Source: a virus
Taxonomy: Duplodnaviria; Heunggongvirae; Uroviricota; Caudoviricetes
DNA length: 42,122 bases
Strand: one strand, 5' to 3'
Virus record (IMG/VR): IMGVR_UViG_2778261299_000011
Part shown: positions 38,143-42,122 of the stretch, in pieces
Layout: every line of letters starts with the position of its first letter
How positions within the stretch are numbered: position 1 is the stretch's first letter
Position numbers and translations under genes: made by a program
The notes under the pieces: generated by a model
What the model was told of the DNA's origin: nothing
Database searches by the model: none
The model's input: the letters and a program-made list of their open reading frames with translations, nothing else

Positions 38143-38960
38143 TGGCAAAAAATGACTTTAAAGCATTCGCAACGGGTAAAAATGCCAATGTTATGTCGCA
38201 GGAGGAATGGGAAGCGTTGCCTGCGCTTTTATCCGGATTTACAGCAGGGAAAGCATCCAGTGCGCAAGTCAATAAGGTTATTCGGCAGGCCAGCTTTATT
38301 GCTGCAGCTCTGGCCCAGTTTGTAAGTGACAAAACGCAACGGGATGTGCTTGATAATGGTGATCTGCCCGGTTTTGTTGAATTGCTGGGATCGGGGTTTG
38401 CTGTTGAATACCTGAGCCGCAAGAATCCGTTTGGTGATATCAAATCGGATGGCACGGTGAAAACGGCTCTCGAAAACCTTGGTTTGGGAGAAGGCTCAGC
38501 ATTACCTGTTGGGGTGCCTGTTCCGTGGCCTTCAGCCACTCCGCCAACAGGCTGGTTGAAATGCAATGGTGCGGCTTTTTCTGCTGAAGAATATCCCAAA
38601 CTGGCAAAGGTTTATCCGACAAATAAATTGCCTGATTTACGTGGTGAGTTTATTCGTGGCTGGGATGATGGGCGTGGTATTGATGCTGGGCGTGCTTTAT
38701 TGAGCCTTCAGGCTGGAATGCTGGAAAAACACCGCCATATGGTTGTAGCCAACGATGGGTATGATTCAAAAGAGGAATGGGAACTGGCGGCAATCTTCAG
38801 AAAAGCATATACGCAAGGCCGGGGGCTTGATGCTGCCGATGCCGGAGGGACTCTGATTCCATCACCAACGCTACATACACGAGGGAGTATTGGTAACACA
38901 GGTGGGAGAGAAACCCGTCCACGAAATATTGCATTTAACTATATCGTGAGAGCTGCGTAA
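38142..38960 (+). CDS. Tail fibre protein, variable C-terminus within an invertible segment
   Basis: Start ATG overlaps previous stop (ATGA); crossover repeat at 38479-38493 lies inside the gene. Confidence 0.75.
38479..38493 (+). repeat. Left inversion crossover site (inverted repeat partner of 40357-40371)
   Basis: TTGGTTTGGGAGAAG with flanking AAACC; exact reverse complement at 40357-40371; AAACC...GGTTT core resembles Gin/Pin crossover sites. Confidence 0.6.
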
Positions 38961-39562
38961 TGGATAAAGCCGTATTAAATAGCGAACTTATTGCCACGAA
39001 GGCGGGGAATATTACCGTCTATAACTATGATGGTGAAACACGGGAATATATTTCTGAATCAACTGAATATCTTGCTGTTGGCGTCGGTATTCCCGCACAT
39101 TCGTGTTTAGATGCTCCTGGTTCATATAAGTCAGGTTATGTGTCCTGTCGAACTCTGGATTTGAGATCATGGGAATATGTGCCAGACCATCGCGGTGAAA
39201 TCGTCTATAACACCGAAACGGGGGACTCAAAAGAAATCACAGTGCCGGGAGATTACCCTGAAAAGACAACCACTATTGCTCCGTTAACACCATACGATAA
39301 GTGGGATGGTGAGAAATGGGTGACGGATACCAAAGCGCAACATAACGCAGCAGTGGAAGGGGCTGAACTGCAACGCCAGTCACTGATTGATGATGCCATG
39401 TCTTCCATTGTTCTGATTCAACTAAAATTGCAGGCCGGGCGGAAGCTGACGCAGGCAGAAACCACCCGACTTAACGCTGTGCTGGATTACATTGACGCGG
39501 TGACGGCAACAGATTCCAGCACCGCGCCGGATGTCATCTGGCCTGAACTGCCGGAGGCGTAG
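38960..39562 (+). CDS. tfa: Tail fibre assembly protein (Tfa)
   Basis: C-terminal SSTAPDVIWPELP motif characteristic of Tfa chaperones. Confidence 0.8.
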   Translation: MDKAVLNSELIATKAGNITVYNYDGETREYISESTEYLAVGVGIPAHSCLDAPGSYKSGYVSCRTLDLRSWEYVPDHRGEIVYNTETGDSKEITVPGDYPEKTTTIAPLTPYDKWDGEKWVTDTKAQHNAAVEGAELQRQSLIDDAMSSIVLIQLKLQAGRKLTQAETTRLNAVLDYIDAVTATDSSTAPDVIWPELPEA

Positions 39563-39977
39563 GCCATTCAATATCTGGCGCACTGGAGGTATCAACCAGT
39601 TCCAGTGCGTCCAGATAATCCAGCCACAAATTATATTGCGCCAGTTCGTCACCTTTCAGACGACCAATAGCGGCTTTACCGGGCCATTGCTTACTGTTCA
39701 TGTATTCGTTGGCCTGGTTAATTAGTAGCTGTCTTTCTGATTCAGTAATTTCAATAAGCTCTTCATGAGTAGGTGGAGGAATATCTGCCCACGCAGGCAG
39801 CCCATCATCTCCGGCAATACGGATTTTTCCTTGTGGCGGTTCAGCCATAAACTCACTGATAATATTTTGATTTACTTCCTTAGCGTCTGATAAATCCCAT
39901 CCCTCTGATTTATATTTATCAATCATATCCACAGGAAAAAAAGCATTATGCCTTGCGCTATAAACATATTCGTTCAT
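39534..39977 (-). CDS. Alternative tail fibre assembly protein (Tfa'), convergent
   Basis: C-terminal TSSAPDIEWPTPP motif; start MNEYVYSA with AGGGTG SD; 3' ends of the two tfa genes overlap. Confidence 0.75.
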   Translation of the reverse strand: MNEYVYSARHNAFFPVDMIDKYKSEGWDLSDAKEVNQNIISEFMAEPPQGKIRIAGDDGLPAWADIPPPTHEELIEITESERQLLINQANEYMNSKQWPGKAAIGRLKGDELAQYNLWLDYLDALELVDTSSAPDIEWPTPPAVQAR

Positions 39978-39997
39978 ATAAATCACCCTGAATAAAA

Positions 39998-40371
39998 TTA
40001 CTCACCAACAGCCCACCAACTGTAATTCATCGATACCGTGTCGCTGGTTGATGACGTTCTGTAAGCAGAATTAAAGCCGGTTAACGTTGGGCCTTCTGCA
40101 GTCATCACGAACCCTCGCCCAGCGCCTAAAGGCGCACCGCCATCACCAGAATGAGTAAGCATGGCGCAGTCCGCTTTTTTGGGGAAAGGGATGCTGAATG
40201 TAATTCTCATTGTTTGCGTCGATAATGTCGGCGTAACCGCACCACGACCATATTGCAGGATTTTCCCGTTGGGTAATTTCATCCATCCATCACCACTGGC
40301 AAAAGAGGCCATGTCCGGTATCTGATTTCCCCCTGTCCCCACATCCCGTTTTGCCGCTTCTCCCAAACCAA
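39998..40371 (-). CDS. Alternative tail-fibre C-terminal segment (promoterless until inverted)
   Basis: Minus-strand ORF bounded upstream by the inverted crossover repeat; would fuse to the constant fibre N-terminus after inversion. Confidence 0.55.
40357..40371 (-). repeat. Right inversion crossover site
   Basis: Exact reverse complement of 38479-38493. Confidence 0.6.
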
Positions 40372-40437
40372 CGTTTATGAAAATGCAGAAATAATGAGCA
40401 AATGGCATCATTCCTGCTTTTGTCAGGGGGATCTACC

Positions 40438-40548
40438 ATGCTTATTGGCTATGTACGCGTGTCAACAAATGACCAGAACACAGATCTACAACGTAATGCA
40501 CTGAACTGTGCAGGATGCGAGCTGATTTTTGAAGACAAGATAAGTAGT
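40438..40548 (+). pseudogene. Truncated Gin/Pin-family serine DNA invertase (first ~37 codons only)
   Basis: MLIGYVRVSTNDQNTDLQRNALNCAGCELIFEDK matches the conserved N-terminus with catalytic Ser; similarity stops near 40546 where composition turns AT-rich. Confidence 0.7.
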
Positions 40549-40551
40549 GCT

Positions 40552-41142
40552 ATGGGGGTTAGGCATTATAATTGGTTGTTAAAAATCAATAAGTTTTGTA
40601 TTGTTGTGATGATATTACCATCATGTTACAAGGTGTGGATTTTGGCGAAGTTACTATATGTAAAACCTATAACGATAAAAAAAGCAAATGAATTTGTTTC
40701 TATTTATCATCGACACCATCGACCAACGTCAAGGAATTCGGGCAGATGGGCTATAGCTGCCTACCACATAGATTCTGATGAATTGGTTGGTGTAGCGATA
40801 GTTGGAAATCCCGTATCTGCAACGTACATGGATGGTGTGACGGCAGAGATTACACGATTATGTGTCAGTGACAAATCTCCAAAAGGAACTTGCTCCTTTC
40901 TGATTAGTCGATGTAGCACAATCTGGAAAATGATGGGAGGAGAAAAAATTATTACCTATACTCTAAGCAGTGAAACAGGCGCATCTTTAAAAGGTGCTGG
41001 GTGGCAGTTAGTTGGGACTGTACATCCTCATAATCGTTGGGCCGATAAAGCAAAGCAGGATGGAATAATTAGGGATAATTTAGAAATATATAAACTGAAG
41101 AAATTTCGTTGGGAATGTTTACTCGGGGAGGTTCTAATATGA
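40552..41142 (+). CDS. Hypothetical protein in AT-rich cassette (start uncertain; in frame with invertase remnant)
   Basis: Open frame continuing from the invertase remnant; contains HRHHRP His cluster; no family recognised; stop overlaps next ATG (ATGA). Confidence 0.45.
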   Translation: MGVRHYNWLLKINKFCIVVMILPSCYKVWILAKLLYVKPITIKKANEFVSIYHRHHRPTSRNSGRWAIAAYHIDSDELVGVAIVGNPVSATYMDGVTAEITRLCVSDKSPKGTCSFLISRCSTIWKMMGGEKIITYTLSSETGASLKGAGWQLVGTVHPHNRWADKAKQDGIIRDNLEIYKLKKFRWECLLGEVLI

Positions 41143-42122
41143 GAGTTATGGCAGCGTTTAGCTCTGATTCCAGAGAACAATATAAAGCTGATATATTCAA
41201 GGTGTTAAGTTTGCCAAAAGGTGATGTCATTCATTTTAGATACAAAAAGAAATATGTTGAGGCTTGCATTTATCAACAACGGCAAGCGATAGTTGGTAGT
41301 GATGTATTCATTTATTTTTCGCAAGGAAATACAATGAATGAAAATAAAAAATTGATCCATAAATCAATTAGGAAGGCGAAAATAATTTCGTTTGACTGGA
41401 GTGATATGACCGAACTTTATCATGTTCGGATGATTCTTGGGGATTTTATTAATGCTGAAATTTGTAATCAGGGAGATGATGGGCTTTTCTTAAAATATAT
41501 AGAATGTAACGATTCTGATTATTATAGCAACTGGAAAAGTAGGGTGGAAGAAGTTAGGTGCGCATTTCCTGATATGATGTTTTTTTCTATTGATGGTATC
41601 CTTGACTCTCTAGGAAGAAGAGTTATTCCGAAATACAACCCTCAAAGTAAAGGGTGTTTCTATGAAGTATATCATGGTGATAGGTACACTATAAATATAA
41701 AAGTAGCGAATCTTGATGGAGCTTCTAAAAAATTACTTATAAATTGTAGTCCTGATGATGTTGTGATTGCACATTGTAATCCTATAGAATCATCTGTTGA
41801 TTATGATGATATTTATATTCCACTTAATATCAAAACGTTGCCTTTTTTTAAACACTCAAACTTTTTATCATATAAAGTAATTAATGTAGAAAGTGACGGC
41901 ACTAGTGGGAATTCTAATGGTGAAATTAAAGGGGGTGGGGTGGGTAAAAATGTTGACTTTGATATGTATACAGTGGCACAAGAACTATGTCTGAGACTTA
42001 ATTTAAAAAGTGCTATTATGTTTGGATTGTTATGTTTGATGGCTTTTTTGGCAATGGTATTCGTTAGTGATAAAAATACAATGATTGTTTGGCCCTATAT
42101 TAAAATAGGTATGTCGGCTATT
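41139..42122 (+). CDS. Hypothetical protein, at least 328 aa, C-terminal hydrophobic segment; 3' end beyond window
   Basis: Hand-translated frame open from ATG 41139 to window end (absent from ORF track, which has no downstream stop); hydrophobic stretch AIMFGLLCLMAFLAMVFV. Confidence 0.6.
   Translation, partial: MRVMAAFSSDSREQYKADIFKVLSLPKGDVIHFRYKKKYVEACIYQQRQAIVGSDVFIYFSQGNTMNENKKLIHKSIRKAKIISFDWSDMTELYHVRMILGDFINAEICNQGDDGLFLKYIECNDSDYYSNWKSRVEEVRCAFPDMMFFSIDGILDSLGRRVIPKYNPQSKGCFYEVYHGDRYTINIKVANLDGASKKLLINCSPDDVVIAHCNPIESSVDYDDIYIPLNIKTLPFFKHSNFLSYKVINVESDGTSGNSNGEIKGGGVGKNVDFDMYTVAQELCLRLNLKSAIMFGLLCLMAFLAMVFVSDKNTMIVWPYIKIGMSAI

Larger units (their letters stand above)
1..40545. mobile_element. 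Lambdoid prophage segment (integration, recombination, immunity, replication, nin, lysis, head and contractile-tail modules); left att site lies outside the window, right boundary uncertain
   Basis: Contiguous syntenic phage gene order from int at the left edge to tail-fibre genes and an invertase remnant; many proteins recognisably lambda or P22 homologues. Confidence 0.9.

Noticed and set aside
40402-41142. Single 246-aa protein as given in the ORF track
   Set aside because: Chimeric frame: an invertase N-terminal remnant fused in frame to unrelated AT-rich sequence; treated as a pseudogene fragment plus a separate downstream ORF of uncertain start.
1-42122. CRISPR arrays or lambda-type cos/Nu1
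   Set aside because: No regularly spaced direct repeats with unique spacers were seen; the small terminase is not Nu1-like, so a lambda-type cos is not expected and none was identified.

Overview
This window is most of a mosaic lambdoid prophage (about 1-40545), followed by an AT-rich cassette of unknown function that interrupts the tail-fibre invertase gene and runs off the window end. All calls are from reading the sequence and the supplied ORF track against remembered phage proteins; no database search was run. Layout: integrase and excisionase at the left edge (minus strand); a lambda-type leftward early operon (orf60a/orf63-like, exo, bet, gam, kil, cIII, ea10, ral, with sieB opposite) ; a P22-type immunity region (N-like antiterminator, C2-type repressor, Cro, cII-like) with operator repeats and boxA/boxB nut sites on both sides; lambda O (with ori iterons), P, ren; a nin region with a Dam-like methyltransferase; a short Q-type antiterminator; two tRNA genes; lambda S/R lysis genes with overlapped spanins; then terminase, portal, head genes and a Mu/P2-like contractile tail (sheath, tube, frameshifted chaperone, tape measure, baseplate V/W/J/I, tail fibre and assembly genes in an invertible-segment arrangement). 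The strongest candidates for something undescribed are: (1) the AT-rich cassette at 40.5-42.1 kb (at least two coupled ORFs, the second with a C-terminal membrane segment); (2) a self-contained promoter / two-gene / terminator module at 34.0-35.1 kb inside the baseplate genes whose second gene resembles the YafO toxin but whose upstream partner is unrecognised; (3) an opposite-strand orphan gene between the lysis cassette and terminase; (4) an AT-rich three-gene cluster at 2.0-3.5 kb including a Cys-rich secreted protein. No CRISPR array was seen.
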